A stretch of 55,216 nt of DNA from Bacteroidota bacterium (GCA_035499415.1 DATJYV010000184.1:1-55216); one strand, 5' to 3'; positions 24,370 through 34,060 are shown, counted from the first letter of the stretch. Numbers and translations: made by a program. Notes: a model not told the origin generated them from the letters alone.

Positions 24370-27087
24370 ATGGAGTATCGAAAAGCCAATTACCTCGTCG
24401 CGTTGGGGGTTTTCCTCGTTTCCGCCGCTGTTTTCGTTAAAACGGTTTCGCCGACCGTCGTGTTCTGGGATGTCGGTGAATTCTGCGCCGCGGCGTTCAC
24501 GCTCCAGGTACCCCACCCTCCGGGTGCCCCGCTTTTTCTTCTCATCGCGCGCCTGGTCTGCATCGTGCCCTATGTTCACGATATCGCCGTGCGCATGCAT
24601 CTCATTTCGGCTTTTGCAAGCGCGGCGACGATCTTCTTTGTCTATCTGACGATCGTCCGGTTCGTCGTCATGTTCCGGGGCACGCCGGAATCGCCCTACG
24701 ACCGTTTTCTCGTGTTTGGCTCCGCGGCGATTGGCGCTCTCTCCCTCGCGTTCAACGCCACATTTTGGTTTAATGCCGTCGAGGCGGAGGTCTACGGGCT
24801 CAGCATGCTTTTTGTCGCGTCGGTGATCTGGCTCTCGCTGCGATGGTATGAGCGCGCAGATACCGAAGGGAGCGACGTGTACCTCCTGGGCATCGCCTAC
24901 CTCATGGGACTGGCCGTCGGCGTGCACCTCCTGGCAATCCTTGCCCTCTTCTTCGTCCTCCTCATGGTTTACTTCCGCTTCTATGAATTCAGCTTTCCTT
25001 CGTTCGCAAAGTTTACGGTTGTCGCAATCATCGTTTTTTTCGTGGTATATCCCGGCGTTGTCAAGTGGCTGCCGTCGATGCTGGACGGTGAGGTCAACGG
25101 GGTCTACAGCGATGTGTTTACCTACATCCCCATCGTCCTGTTTGTCGGGGCGATCTACGGCATTTACTACACCCAGAAGAAAATGCTCCGGTATGCGAAC
25201 GTGGCGCTCCTTTCCTTTGTGCTCATCGTGGTCGGGTTCTCGACGTATGCGATGGTCTACATTCGTGCGAACGCTCACCCCCCGATGAACGAAAACGACC
25301 CGAGCACGATGGCGCGCCTTGTCTCGTATCTGAACCGCGAACAGTACGGCAGTTCCCCGCTCTTGAAGCGACGGTGGGATCCGGACCCGGAGAAGAAAGC
25401 GATTGCCGACCAGTACTCAAGCGACTGGGACTACTTCCTCCGGTATCAATTCTACCACATGTATCTGCGCTATCATCTCTGGAATTATGTCGGGGTGGCC
25501 GGGGACGAAAAAGACGCGGGGGTGAACTTCAACGATTTCTATGCGATCCCGCTGATCTTTGGAATCATCGGCGCTCTCTGGCACTGGCGCAAGCAGTGGC
25601 AGATGGCGTTTGTCGCGGGTTCCCTGTTTATCGTCATGGGCCTTGCGCTCGTCGTGTACTTCAATATGCAGGATCCCCAGCCGCGGGAACGCGATTATTT
25701 CTACGTCGGCTCCTATCTCATCTTCTCCGTCTGGATCGGCATTGGTGTGCTCGGCGTCGTTGACTGGCTCAAGGAGAGAATCGCGTCGCCGCAAACGGCA
25801 AAGGCCGTCGGGTATGGAGTCGTGGCATTTGCGTTCGTCTTCGTTCCGGTCAACATGTGCCGCGTGACGTATCACCAGGCAAATCGAACCGGAGACTACG
25901 TCCCGTGGGACTACTCCTACAACCTGCTCCAGAGTTGCGAGCAGGATGCGATCCTGTTTACGAACGGGGACAACGATACATTTCCTCTCTGGTATCTCCA
26001 GGACGTTGAGGGGATACGGACGGATATTCGCATCGTCAACCTCAGTCTCGTGAATACGCCGTGGTACATCAAACAGTTAAAGAACGAGCAACCCCACGGA
26101 GCGAAGAAAGTTCCGATCAGCACGTCGGATGCCCAGATCGACCGGATGCAGCCATTCCAGTACGAACCGCGCATCATCGAGCTTCCGGTGCCGGAGGAGC
26201 TCGTCCAGCAGTACACCGCGGAAGGAACCGCGAAATCCCTCGACACGTCAATCACGAACAGCGGCGTTTTGCGCTTCCTGATGCCGAACACGATGGAATT
26301 TGGAAATGTGAAGGCGCTGCGTGTCCAGGACTACATGGTCTACGACATCATCCGCACGAATGGCTGGCGCCGCCCGATCTACTTTGCGATGACGGTCTCC
26401 GACGACGGGAAGATCGGGCTGAGAGAGTACATGCGCATGACGGGCCTTGCCTTCAAGCTCGTGCCGCAGAAAAGCCAGTACTGGTGGTCGGACCTGGACG
26501 ACCACGCCATCGCGGCGCACCTCTTTACAGACGTCAAGGATCCGTCGAAAACGCCCGCGTTCGGTTTCTTGTGGCGCGGACTTCAGGACAGCACGACGTA
26601 CTACGATGAAGACACGCGGAAACTCATCACTTCGAACTACCGGAATCTTTTTCTCTCGCTCGCGGTCTATTATGCCCAGGTTCTGAATCAACCCCAGCGG
26701 GCGTCGGTGGTCCTGGACCGGATGGAGCAGGAGGTCCCGCGCCGCGTGATTCCGATGGACTATCGCGTCGCGTTTGATGTGTCGAACTACTATCGGATGG
26801 CAGGAAATACGGAGCGCTTCAAGGAACTATCGGACGTCGTGATCCAGCAAGTCAAGCCCCTGGTGGACAAGGGTGTCGCTGAACCGCTGAATCAATTCAA
26901 TCCCTACCTTATCCTCTTCTATGCGTATGCGAACACCGGACAGCGCAAGGAGGCGGAGGATCTGCTCGGGACCATTAAGGCGACGTATGGCACGCAGCCG
27001 GGGATCGATGAGTTTATCACGAGTTTACGGGCGAACATTGATACGACGAAGGGGGCGAATCCGGCGACGCAGGGCAAGCCGCAATGA
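24370..27087 (+). CDS. DUF2723 (TMEM260-like) polytopic GT-C-fold glycosyltransferase-like membrane protein
   Basis: 905 aa, trimmed to ATG 24370. VFWDVGEFCAAAFTLQVPHPPGAPLF is the N-terminal signature. There are many TM helices and a large C-terminal soluble region with TPR-like helices. Confidence 0.8.
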   Translation: MEYRKANYLVALGVFLVSAAVFVKTVSPTVVFWDVGEFCAAAFTLQVPHPPGAPLFLLIARLVCIVPYVHDIAVRMHLISAFASAATIFFVYLTIVRFVVMFRGTPESPYDRFLVFGSAAIGALSLAFNATFWFNAVEAEVYGLSMLFVASVIWLSLRWYERADTEGSDVYLLGIAYLMGLAVGVHLLAILALFFVLLMVYFRFYEFSFPSFAKFTVVAIIVFFVVYPGVVKWLPSMLDGEVNGVYSDVFTYIPIVLFVGAIYGIYYTQKKMLRYANVALLSFVLIVVGFSTYAMVYIRANAHPPMNENDPSTMARLVSYLNREQYGSSPLLKRRWDPDPEKKAIADQYSSDWDYFLRYQFYHMYLRYHLWNYVGVAGDEKDAGVNFNDFYAIPLIFGIIGALWHWRKQWQMAFVAGSLFIVMGLALVVYFNMQDPQPRERDYFYVGSYLIFSVWIGIGVLGVVDWLKERIASPQTAKAVGYGVVAFAFVFVPVNMCRVTYHQANRTGDYVPWDYSYNLLQSCEQDAILFTNGDNDTFPLWYLQDVEGIRTDIRIVNLSLVNTPWYIKQLKNEQPHGAKKVPISTSDAQIDRMQPFQYEPRIIELPVPEELVQQYTAEGTAKSLDTSITNSGVLRFLMPNTMEFGNVKALRVQDYMVYDIIRTNGWRRPIYFAMTVSDDGKIGLREYMRMTGLAFKLVPQKSQYWWSDLDDHAIAAHLFTDVKDPSKTPAFGFLWRGLQDSTTYYDEDTRKLITSNYRNLFLSLAVYYAQVLNQPQRASVVLDRMEQEVPRRVIPMDYRVAFDVSNYYRMAGNTERFKELSDVVIQQVKPLVDKGVAEPLNQFNPYLILFYAYANTGQRKEAEDLLGTIKATYGTQPGIDEFITSLRANIDTTKGANPATQGKPQ

Positions 27088-27869
27088 AACTCCTCGGTGA
27101 GCGTGAATCTCGACGCGCGAACTGGGAAACATTTTGGGAAAGGAAACAGAAGACTGAGGAGGTTTACTCGAACGCAGACCGCGTGGCGCGGAATCTGCGG
27201 GCGGTCACGGCGCTCCAGGGGAAGACGATACTCGAAATCGGTGCCGGCACGGGGCGCGACAGCTTCCCGCTCGCGGAGCAAGGGGCGCGCGTTTGCCAGC
27301 TTGACTACGCGGAAAACTCGCTGCTGATTCTCAAACGGCTCTCCGAGGAGAACGGCATTCCCGTCTGGATCGTCGGCGGCGACACGTTCCTTTTGCCGTT
27401 CCGGGATTCCACGTTCGATGTGGTCTTTCACCAGGGGCTGTTGGAGCACTTTAAGAAGCCGGTCGCCGAGCGGCTCCTCAGGGAAAACATCCGCGTCCTG
27501 AAGCCGGGCGGGCTTCTCCTCGTCGACGTCCCCCAGCGGTATCACTCGTACACCGTCGTCAAACACCTCCTCATCGCTCTGAACCGGTGGTTTGCCGGAT
27601 GGGAACGCTCGTTCTCCGTCCGTGAATTGCGGCACGTGATGAAGAATCTCGGCCTGACTCCCGTGCATGAGTACGGCGAGTGGATGGTTCCCAGCTTTGC
27701 CTACCGTGCGACCCGGGAGTTCCTCAAGCCCGTTGGCATTACGCTTCCCCTCTATCCGCCGACTTCCGGCGTGGTTGCGCGCCTTCGCTCCCGGGTGCGG
27801 AGCGCTTTTGCGCAGACCCGACTTCCGCTCTACACCGGCATCTCGATCGGCGTGGTCGGAAGAAAGTAA
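27084..27869 (+). CDS. Class I SAM-dependent methyltransferase
   Basis: ATGA overlap with the DUF2723 gene. ILEIGAGTGRD is motif I. LKPGGLLLVDVP is also present. Confidence 0.8.
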   Translation: MKLLGERESRRANWETFWERKQKTEEVYSNADRVARNLRAVTALQGKTILEIGAGTGRDSFPLAEQGARVCQLDYAENSLLILKRLSEENGIPVWIVGGDTFLLPFRDSTFDVVFHQGLLEHFKKPVAERLLRENIRVLKPGGLLLVDVPQRYHSYTVVKHLLIALNRWFAGWERSFSVRELRHVMKNLGLTPVHEYGEWMVPSFAYRATREFLKPVGITLPLYPPTSGVVARLRSRVRSAFAQTRLPLYTGISIGVVGRK

Positions 27870-27887
27870 GAAGGGCCCTTCCTCTTC

Positions 27888-29006
27888 ATGAAGATCCTCG
27901 TCCTGAACTGGCAGGACATTAAGAACCCGCTCGCGGGGGGAGCCGAGGTGCACCTCCATGAAATTTTTCGGCGGATTGCCGGGCGGGGAAACTCGGTCAC
28001 GCTCTTCTGCTGTGCATCGGAGGGACTTCCATCAGAAGAAATTCTTGACGGGATCCAGATCATCCGGCGCGGAAACCGCAATCTGTTCAACGCCGTTGTT
28101 CCTTATTACTATCGCACCCGGCTATCCCGCCGCGGGTACGACGTCGTCGTCGACGACATCAATAAAATACCGTTCTACACTCCCCTGTACGTACGGCCGC
28201 CGATCCTCGCGATGGTCCTTCATCTCTTCGGCACGACGATCTTTCGCGAGGCGACTCCGCCGGCCGCTTTGTACGTCTACGGTGCCGAGCGCCTTGCTCT
28301 TTCAGTCTACCGGAAGACAACGATGGCGGTGATCTCCGAAAGCACGCGACAGGAGCTCGTATCCCACGGGTTCTCACGCGAACGGATTCACGACGTCAGG
28401 ATCGCGGTCGACCACGCGCTTTACAGGCAGGTGGACGTCCCTCGACCCGACGCGCCCCAGGTGGGTTATCTCGGTCGAATAAAGAAGTACAAAAGTGTCG
28501 ACCACCTGCTCAATGCTTTCAGCATCGTCCACCAGGAAATCCCCGGGGCTCGCCTCGTGGTTATCGGTGACGGCGACGCCCTGCCGTCGCTCCGCAAGCA
28601 CGCTTCCACGCTCGGGCTTTCGCATGCGGTTCGCTTTACCGGATACCTGCCGGGGTCGGAGACCGTCAGACTGTTGAATCAGATGAATGTCGTTGTCAAC
28701 ACGTCCGCGAAGGAGGGATGGGGACTCACGGTCACCGAGTCAAATGCCTGCGGTGTACCGGTGATCGCGAGCGACGTGCCCGGGTTGCGGGATTCAGTGC
28801 TGGACGAGAAGACCGGGCTCCTGTACGAGTACGGCAATATCGAACAGCTCGCACAGAAGATCCTCCTCGTTCTGAGGGATGGAATTTTTCGCGACCGGCT
28901 GGCGGCTGGGGCGCTTGCGTTCGCCCGGACATTCAGCTGGGACGAGTGCGCCTCGCTCATGATGGGGGCAATTGAATCGGCTGTGGACGGCTCAAAGTCC
29001 GGATAA
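27888..29006 (+). CDS. Glycosyltransferase family 4 (GT-B)
   Basis: 372 aa. MKILVLNWQDIKNPLAGGAEVH..., EGWGLTVTESNACGVPVIASDVPGLRDSV is the EX7E region. Confidence 0.85.
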   Translation: MKILVLNWQDIKNPLAGGAEVHLHEIFRRIAGRGNSVTLFCCASEGLPSEEILDGIQIIRRGNRNLFNAVVPYYYRTRLSRRGYDVVVDDINKIPFYTPLYVRPPILAMVLHLFGTTIFREATPPAALYVYGAERLALSVYRKTTMAVISESTRQELVSHGFSRERIHDVRIAVDHALYRQVDVPRPDAPQVGYLGRIKKYKSVDHLLNAFSIVHQEIPGARLVVIGDGDALPSLRKHASTLGLSHAVRFTGYLPGSETVRLLNQMNVVVNTSAKEGWGLTVTESNACGVPVIASDVPGLRDSVLDEKTGLLYEYGNIEQLAQKILLVLRDGIFRDRLAAGALAFARTFSWDECASLMMGAIESAVDGSKSG

Positions 29007-29534
29007 GAGGCGGCGGTGGAGGTAGGCCGCAGCTGCGGCCGGTGATTCTTCCTGGTGGACGAGCCCCGCCATGTCGTCCAATCCCTCCGAACGCAGTTCC
29101 TCCGCCATCGTCTCCGCGACGCGCTGCCAGAATTTTCCGACGATCACAACCGGCTTCTTGCGGAGCAGGCCTTTGTTCGTGAACTCCCAGACCGATGCCA
29201 GCTCAAGCAGTGTCCCGGTTCCCCCCGGCAGGATCGCGTAGGCATCTCCAAGCTCCACGAGCTTGAGGAGGCGGTCGGCAAAAGTCGGCACGCGCACTTC
29301 CTTGTCGATCCAGCGATTCGGTTTGCGTGAAAAATAATCGCACGTCACGCCGATCGCAGCCGCGTGACTCTCACGCGCTCCGCGCGCCGAGGCTTCCATG
29401 GTTCCACCGTATCCCCCGTTGCAGAGGTCATAGCCGCGCAGGCCGAGTTCTTTCCCCAACTCGAACGCAGCCGCATATTCGGCACCCCCCTCCGTCGGCC
29501 TCGAACTCCCAAACACCGTCACAACCGTTCTCAT
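28992..29534 (-). CDS. LOG-family (TIGR00725/lysine-decarboxylase-like) nucleotide phosphoribohydrolase
   Basis: Trimmed to ATG 29534. VTVFGSS..., GGYGGTMEA, ILPGGTGTLLE. Confidence 0.8.
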   Translation of the reverse strand: MRTVVTVFGSSRPTEGGAEYAAAFELGKELGLRGYDLCNGGYGGTMEASARGARESHAAAIGVTCDYFSRKPNRWIDKEVRVPTFADRLLKLVELGDAYAILPGGTGTLLELASVWEFTNKGLLRKKPVVIVGKFWQRVAETMAEELRSEGLDDMAGLVHQEESPAAAAAYLHRRLLSGL

Positions 29535-29541
29535 CGTGGCA

Positions 29542-31569
29542 TCAATCGAGAAACAACCAATTGATGCCAAGCCGCACCAGCCGGCCCGGCATGGGATACA
29601 CGGCCGTTAACAGATAGTCCGCATCGGAAATATTCTGCCACGAAAGCGTGACGTAGACACTGCCGAGCGTGAATGTCCCGTAGAGATCGAACGTTGTGAA
29701 GCCCCCGAGCTCCGACTGCATGTTTTCCGTGTAGATAAATTCCTGAGGGAGGTACATCATGCCGCGTTCGCGGTCGACAAACCGGACGCGCAGCCCCACG
29801 TTCATCTCCAGCGCATTCGAGAGCAGAATGTTGTGATATCGCAGTTCCGTCGTTGTTTGAATTTTCGGGAAGAGTGATTTCGTGGTGTCGGCTTCCCGGT
29901 AATCGAGGTAGGTGCATGATTCGGAAAGAGTAAACGGTCCCAGACTCAATGCGGCGGAGGCCGAGACGCCCTGGATGCGGACGGTCGCCACATTGAGGAC
30001 AACGGCCGCCGGAGTTCCGTATGCCGTGGTCGTGGGAGCAAAAACAATCGCGTCCGCGATCTTCCGCTGAAATGCCGACACGTTGCATGTGAACATGGAG
30101 TCTGCATTGAACTGCATCCCTGCGAACAGGACATCGTGCCGCTCGTTTGAGATGGGTGACGGTCGCATCACCGTCGAATCGGTCCAGTACATTTCCTGGA
30201 TCGTCGGAAACCGGATGGTGCTCGAAAGTCCGGCATTGATGGAAATCGATGGCAAGGGTCGGACAGATATTTCGCCGCCGGAGGAAACGGCGGATGTACC
30301 CCGTGTCGAGGCAAACCGCCCTGAAAAGGTGGGGACGAAAAAGTCAACGGCATTGATGGCGAGCCGGCCTGAGAGGTCGGTTTCGGCCTCGTCTCTTGGT
30401 CCGACCATACGGCTTTCGAGGACCTTGCGTTCGTCCCGTTCGAACACTCCCGTCGCGGAAACGAAGTCCGGGTTGACCGACTGTTGGATCCTGATTCCGG
30501 TGAGGGAGGAGCGATGGACGTCGTGGGTTCCTGCAAGACTGCCGGGGTCATTGTATTCGAGCCGAATCGTCGAATAGTAGATGGATGCCTGCGTGAGCCA
30601 CGTGGTATCGGGAAATATTTCCGCGATCGACGACAGCGTAACGTCCCGCCGGTATAACGTTGACGATGCCGTGGTATCATTCATCGATGCGGTGAGTTCG
30701 TCAAACTCGGAGCTCGATCGTGAAACTGCGATGCCGCCGTTGAGTCCATTGAGCGCTTTCGTGTAAAAATCGCTGAGCGCGATATTCCAGCGGTCGGAAG
30801 GGTCGTAGCGCAACCGGGAGCGGATGTTCCAGGAGTCCAATCCCGCGTTCGGGAAGCGGCCGTTCGAGACACGTCGCTGAAACGCCGCCATCAGATTTGT
30901 ACTCCGGGCGACGTTCTGGGCGAAAAGGCCGTCGGTCAGGAGGCTTTCAAACGGATCCTGAACGTAGCGGATCTTTGTCTGCGGACGAAGCGTGTTGTAC
31001 TGCTTCGAGACAAAGTTCAGACTTCCCGCCGGTCCATCGGGAGCGCCGAGAAAGGCATCGCCGTCCATGGCCGTTTCAATCTGATCGACGAACTCGAGGG
31101 GCATGTCCGCGAGATTGTATGTGCCGGTGATCGGGTCATTCATCGGTCTCCCGTCGAGCAGGATCCCGACGGAGCGGCCATCGACTCCCAGCAAGTTCAG
31201 TTGGTCCGGTTTTCCGGCTTCGCCCAACCTTCGGAGGAAAAATCGCGCATCGAGGTCGAGCAGCTCCGGGACATCCTGGACATCGGACCAGATAAATCGG
31301 GACGAGTGCATTTGGCTGGATGAATCTTCTCCGGGGGAAAGGCGGCCAATGCCGGGAATGAATCGAATCTGAAGCGAGTCGGCATGCCGGGTCGAATCGG
31401 GGGCTCTGTGCGCGAGGGAGTCGACCGGCCTCCGGGCGAGGGAGTCCGTCGCACCATGGAGAAGTGTATCAGCCGGGTCGAGGCAGGCCGGTTCTCCGAA
31501 GACGTGGCCGCAACAAGCGATGAGGATGAGGGCAAGGGCGGCTGCATCCCGCCGGAGGAGGATACGCAA
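29542..31569 (-). CDS. TonB-dependent receptor-like outer-membrane beta-barrel
   Basis: 675 aa. Signal peptide, a plug-like region (LLGVDGRSVGILLDGRPMNDPITGTYNLADMPLEFVDQIE) and alternating beta-strand patterns up to the C-terminal ...LGINWLFLD. Confidence 0.75.
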   Translation of the reverse strand: MRILLRRDAAALALILIACCGHVFGEPACLDPADTLLHGATDSLARRPVDSLAHRAPDSTRHADSLQIRFIPGIGRLSPGEDSSSQMHSSRFIWSDVQDVPELLDLDARFFLRRLGEAGKPDQLNLLGVDGRSVGILLDGRPMNDPITGTYNLADMPLEFVDQIETAMDGDAFLGAPDGPAGSLNFVSKQYNTLRPQTKIRYVQDPFESLLTDGLFAQNVARSTNLMAAFQRRVSNGRFPNAGLDSWNIRSRLRYDPSDRWNIALSDFYTKALNGLNGGIAVSRSSSEFDELTASMNDTTASSTLYRRDVTLSSIAEIFPDTTWLTQASIYYSTIRLEYNDPGSLAGTHDVHRSSLTGIRIQQSVNPDFVSATGVFERDERKVLESRMVGPRDEAETDLSGRLAINAVDFFVPTFSGRFASTRGTSAVSSGGEISVRPLPSISINAGLSSTIRFPTIQEMYWTDSTVMRPSPISNERHDVLFAGMQFNADSMFTCNVSAFQRKIADAIVFAPTTTAYGTPAAVVLNVATVRIQGVSASAALSLGPFTLSESCTYLDYREADTTKSLFPKIQTTTELRYHNILLSNALEMNVGLRVRFVDRERGMMYLPQEFIYTENMQSELGGFTTFDLYGTFTLGSVYVTLSWQNISDADYLLTAVYPMPGRLVRLGINWLFLD

Positions 31570-31572
31570 GCG

Positions 31573-32418
31573 TCAGTGCCGGCTCAAATCCGGTTCGAAC
31601 GACGGCTCGGTCAGGGAGACTGAATACGCGCCGGAAAATCGTGAAGCCGCTGCGCGTGCCCGGTCGTCGCGGTCGAAGACGCCAAAAACCGAGGAGCCGC
31701 TTCCGCTCAGGAGCGCAGTCCGCGCGCCGGATTCCAGCAGCGTTTTTTTCAGGAGGAGAAGTTCCGGATGCTCCGGAAAAACGGCCGGCTCAAAATCGTT
31801 TTCGAGCGAGCCGTCGCTCATCGTCGTAATAGAAGTGATAAACTTTGAAAGACCGAACGCCGGTTTTCCACCGCCGTCGGCTTTTTCGTAGGCCCATGCC
31901 GTGGAAATGGAAACGGGCGGTGTGACCACCACGATCCAGAACGGAAGGTCAACGTCCGCGGGCTGAAGAATTTCTCCGCGACCGGTCGCATAGGCACTCC
32001 GGTCCATCAAGAAAAATGGAACGTCCGATCCAATGGACGACGCGATGTTCCCGAGCGCGGTGTCCGACGTCCCGGTTTTCCAGAGTTCCCGCAAGGCCAG
32101 AAGGGTTGCCGCGGCGTCGCTGCTTCCGCCGCCAAGACCGGCCCCGACCGGGATGCGCTTCGTCAGCGCGATTGCAGCTCCCGCAGAAGAGCGCTCGTGC
32201 TCTTGCAGGAGCTTCGCCGCACGAAGGCACAGGTTGGTTTCATCGTGAGGGACGGCGTCGGATTCCGTGGTGAGAAGAAGTCTGGATGAGCGCTCAACCC
32301 GGAGCGTGTCGAAGAGATTGATGCGGTGAAAAACTGTTTCGATGTCGTGGTATCCGTCGGGTCGTTTGTTGAGTATGCGCAGACCGAGGTTGACTTTTGC
32401 GTACGCCCGAAGTGTCAC
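31573..32418 (-). CDS. ispE: 4-diphosphocytidyl-2-C-methyl-D-erythritol kinase
   Basis: RAYAKVNLGLRILNKRPDGYHDIETVF and IPVGAGLGGGSSDAAA are GHMP kinase motifs. I placed the start at GTG 32418 by N-terminal alignment. The ORF-track start, TTG 32580, adds 54 non-homologous residues. Confidence 0.85.
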   Translation of the reverse strand: MTLRAYAKVNLGLRILNKRPDGYHDIETVFHRINLFDTLRVERSSRLLLTTESDAVPHDETNLCLRAAKLLQEHERSSAGAAIALTKRIPVGAGLGGGSSDAAATLLALRELWKTGTSDTALGNIASSIGSDVPFFLMDRSAYATGRGEILQPADVDLPFWIVVVTPPVSISTAWAYEKADGGGKPAFGLSKFITSITTMSDGSLENDFEPAVFPEHPELLLLKKTLLESGARTALLSGSGSSVFGVFDRDDRARAAASRFSGAYSVSLTEPSFEPDLSRH

Positions 32419-32515
32419 CGGATTTTCCTGAAAAGCTGTTTCAAAATAGTAGAATAAGGGAGGAGATGCAACACGGCGAGGTTCCCGGTCTTGTCCTCTT
32501 TCCAGGCGACCGTCA

Positions 32516-32576
32516 CCCCGAACGTGGTTCGGGGTCTGTGAACGTCGGATGATGAAATCCCGTGTCGAAGCACGGG
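32516..32576. other. Two GC-rich hairpins in the ispE/kdsA divergent spacer
   Basis: CCCCGAAC-gtg-GTTCGGGG (32516-32534) and CCCGTG-tcgaag-CACGGG (32559-32576). Confidence 0.3.
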
Positions 32577-32645
32577 CCAAGCAAGTTCAGCATGACGCGT
32601 CCGCAATAAGTTGGAGCCGGCTGCATTGACGCCACCACCAGGTTT

Positions 32646-32674
32646 TTGACTGTTCATCCAAATTTTTGTAAGTT
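32646..32674 (+). promoter_or_regulatory. Sigma70-type promoter candidate for the kdsA operon
   Basis: TTGACT-N17-TAAGTT, about 40 nt upstream of TTG 32714. Confidence 0.4.
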
Positions 32675-32713
32675 AATTTTTCACCAGGCGCAAACGATTC
32701 GAGGAACTATTCG

Positions 32714-33532
32714 TTGTCGGTACGGGTAAACGGAATTCAGATCGGCGGCGGCGCCCCTCTCGTGCTCATTGCGGGACCGTGCGTTGTGGAGAGCCGCGAT
32801 CTTGTTTTGAGGACTGCCGAGCGGATCGTTCGCATTGCCCGGCGCTGCAAAACCCCCGTGATCTTCAAGTCTTCGTACCGTAAGGCCAATCGCACGAGCG
32901 GTCGATCGTTCGAGAGCATCGGTGACGCGAAGGCACTTCGAATCCTGCAGGAAGTGAAAGAGATCACGGGAATGCCGATCCTGACAGACGTGCACACGGA
33001 GCAGGAGACGGCCGCTGCCGCGGAAGTTGCCGACGTTCTCCAGATCCCCGCGTTTCTCTCCCGCCAGACTTCGCTTCTGATCGCGGCGGGGAGAACGGGC
33101 AAGGCGGTGAATATCAAGAAGGGGCAGTTCCTCGCGCCGCAGGACATGAAAGAGGCGGCGAAAAAAGTCGCCCAGACCGGGAACAAACGAATCCTGCTGA
33201 CTGAGCGCGGATCCATGTTCGGGTACAATAACCTCATCGTCGACATGCGCTCGCTTCCCATCATGCGCGAGACCGGGTACCCGGTGGTTCTTGACGCAAC
33301 GCACTCCGTGCAGCTACCGGGCAGGCGGAGCGGGCAAAGCGGAGGCGAGCCGCAATACATTTTTCCCATTGCCAGGGCAGGTGTCGCGGCCGGCTGCGAT
33401 GCCCTGTTTGTTGAAACACATCCTCATCCTGCGAAGGCACTGAGCGACGCAGCAAGCCAGCTCAAGCTGGACCTCCTGGAGGACCTCCTGAAGCAGGTCG
33501 TGGCTCTCGATAGGGTGGTGAAGAAAATTTAA
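32714..33532 (+). CDS. kdsA: 3-deoxy-8-phosphooctulonate (KDO-8-P) synthase
   Basis: 272 aa from a TTG start. LIAGPCVVES, KSSYRKANRTS, DATHSVQLPG. Confidence 0.92.
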   Translation: MSVRVNGIQIGGGAPLVLIAGPCVVESRDLVLRTAERIVRIARRCKTPVIFKSSYRKANRTSGRSFESIGDAKALRILQEVKEITGMPILTDVHTEQETAAAAEVADVLQIPAFLSRQTSLLIAAGRTGKAVNIKKGQFLAPQDMKEAAKKVAQTGNKRILLTERGSMFGYNNLIVDMRSLPIMRETGYPVVLDATHSVQLPGRRSGQSGGEPQYIFPIARAGVAAGCDALFVETHPHPAKALSDAASQLKLDLLEDLLKQVVALDRVVKKI

Positions 33533-33547
33533 TACGAATGCCGACCG

Positions 33548-34060
33548 TTGGCGCCGCGGAAGACGAGAAAACAGAAGCTTGAGTCGATCCGCCTCCTGCT
33601 CCTCGATGTTGACGGCGTCCTGACGGACGGAGGAGTGTATTACGGTGAAAAAGGCGAAGAGTGGAAGAAGTTCAGCATCCGCGACGGTTCCGGAATCGTG
33701 GCGGCTCAGACCCACGGCATACGCATCGGGCTGTTGACCGGCCGCAGTTCCCCCATCGTCGCGCGGCGGGCGGCCGAGTTGGGCATTACGGAGGTACACC
33801 AAAAGCTCCAGAATAAGTTGGCGGCGTATGACGATATGAAGGACCGTCTGGTCCTGCGTGATGAGGAGATCGCCTATGTCGGCGACGATGTGCCGGACAT
33901 TCCCGTACTTCGCAAGGCGGGATTTTCCGCTTGTCCGCACGATGCGGTGGTGGAAGTATCGAAGCTGGTCGACTACCGATGCCGTCGCTCAGGCGGCGAA
34001 GGAGCCGTCCGTGAGGTAATCGATCTGATCCTGCGATCACGACGCCATGGAAAACGATGA
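33548..34060 (+). CDS. kdsC: KDO-8-phosphate phosphatase (HAD-IIIA)
   Basis: IRLLLLDVDGVLTDGGVYY, YVGDDVPD. Confidence 0.85.
   Translation: MAPRKTRKQKLESIRLLLLDVDGVLTDGGVYYGEKGEEWKKFSIRDGSGIVAAQTHGIRIGLLTGRSSPIVARRAAELGITEVHQKLQNKLAAYDDMKDRLVLRDEEIAYVGDDVPDIPVLRKAGFSACPHDAVVEVSKLVDYRCRRSGGEGAVREVIDLILRSRRHGKR

Noticed and set aside
32415-32657. 80-aa minus-strand ORF upstream of ispE, with a GTGA overlap to the proposed ispE start.
   Set aside because: It has no recognisable motif or biased composition, and it would run through the kdsA promoter candidate. I kept it as an open question in a finding and did not call it as a gene.
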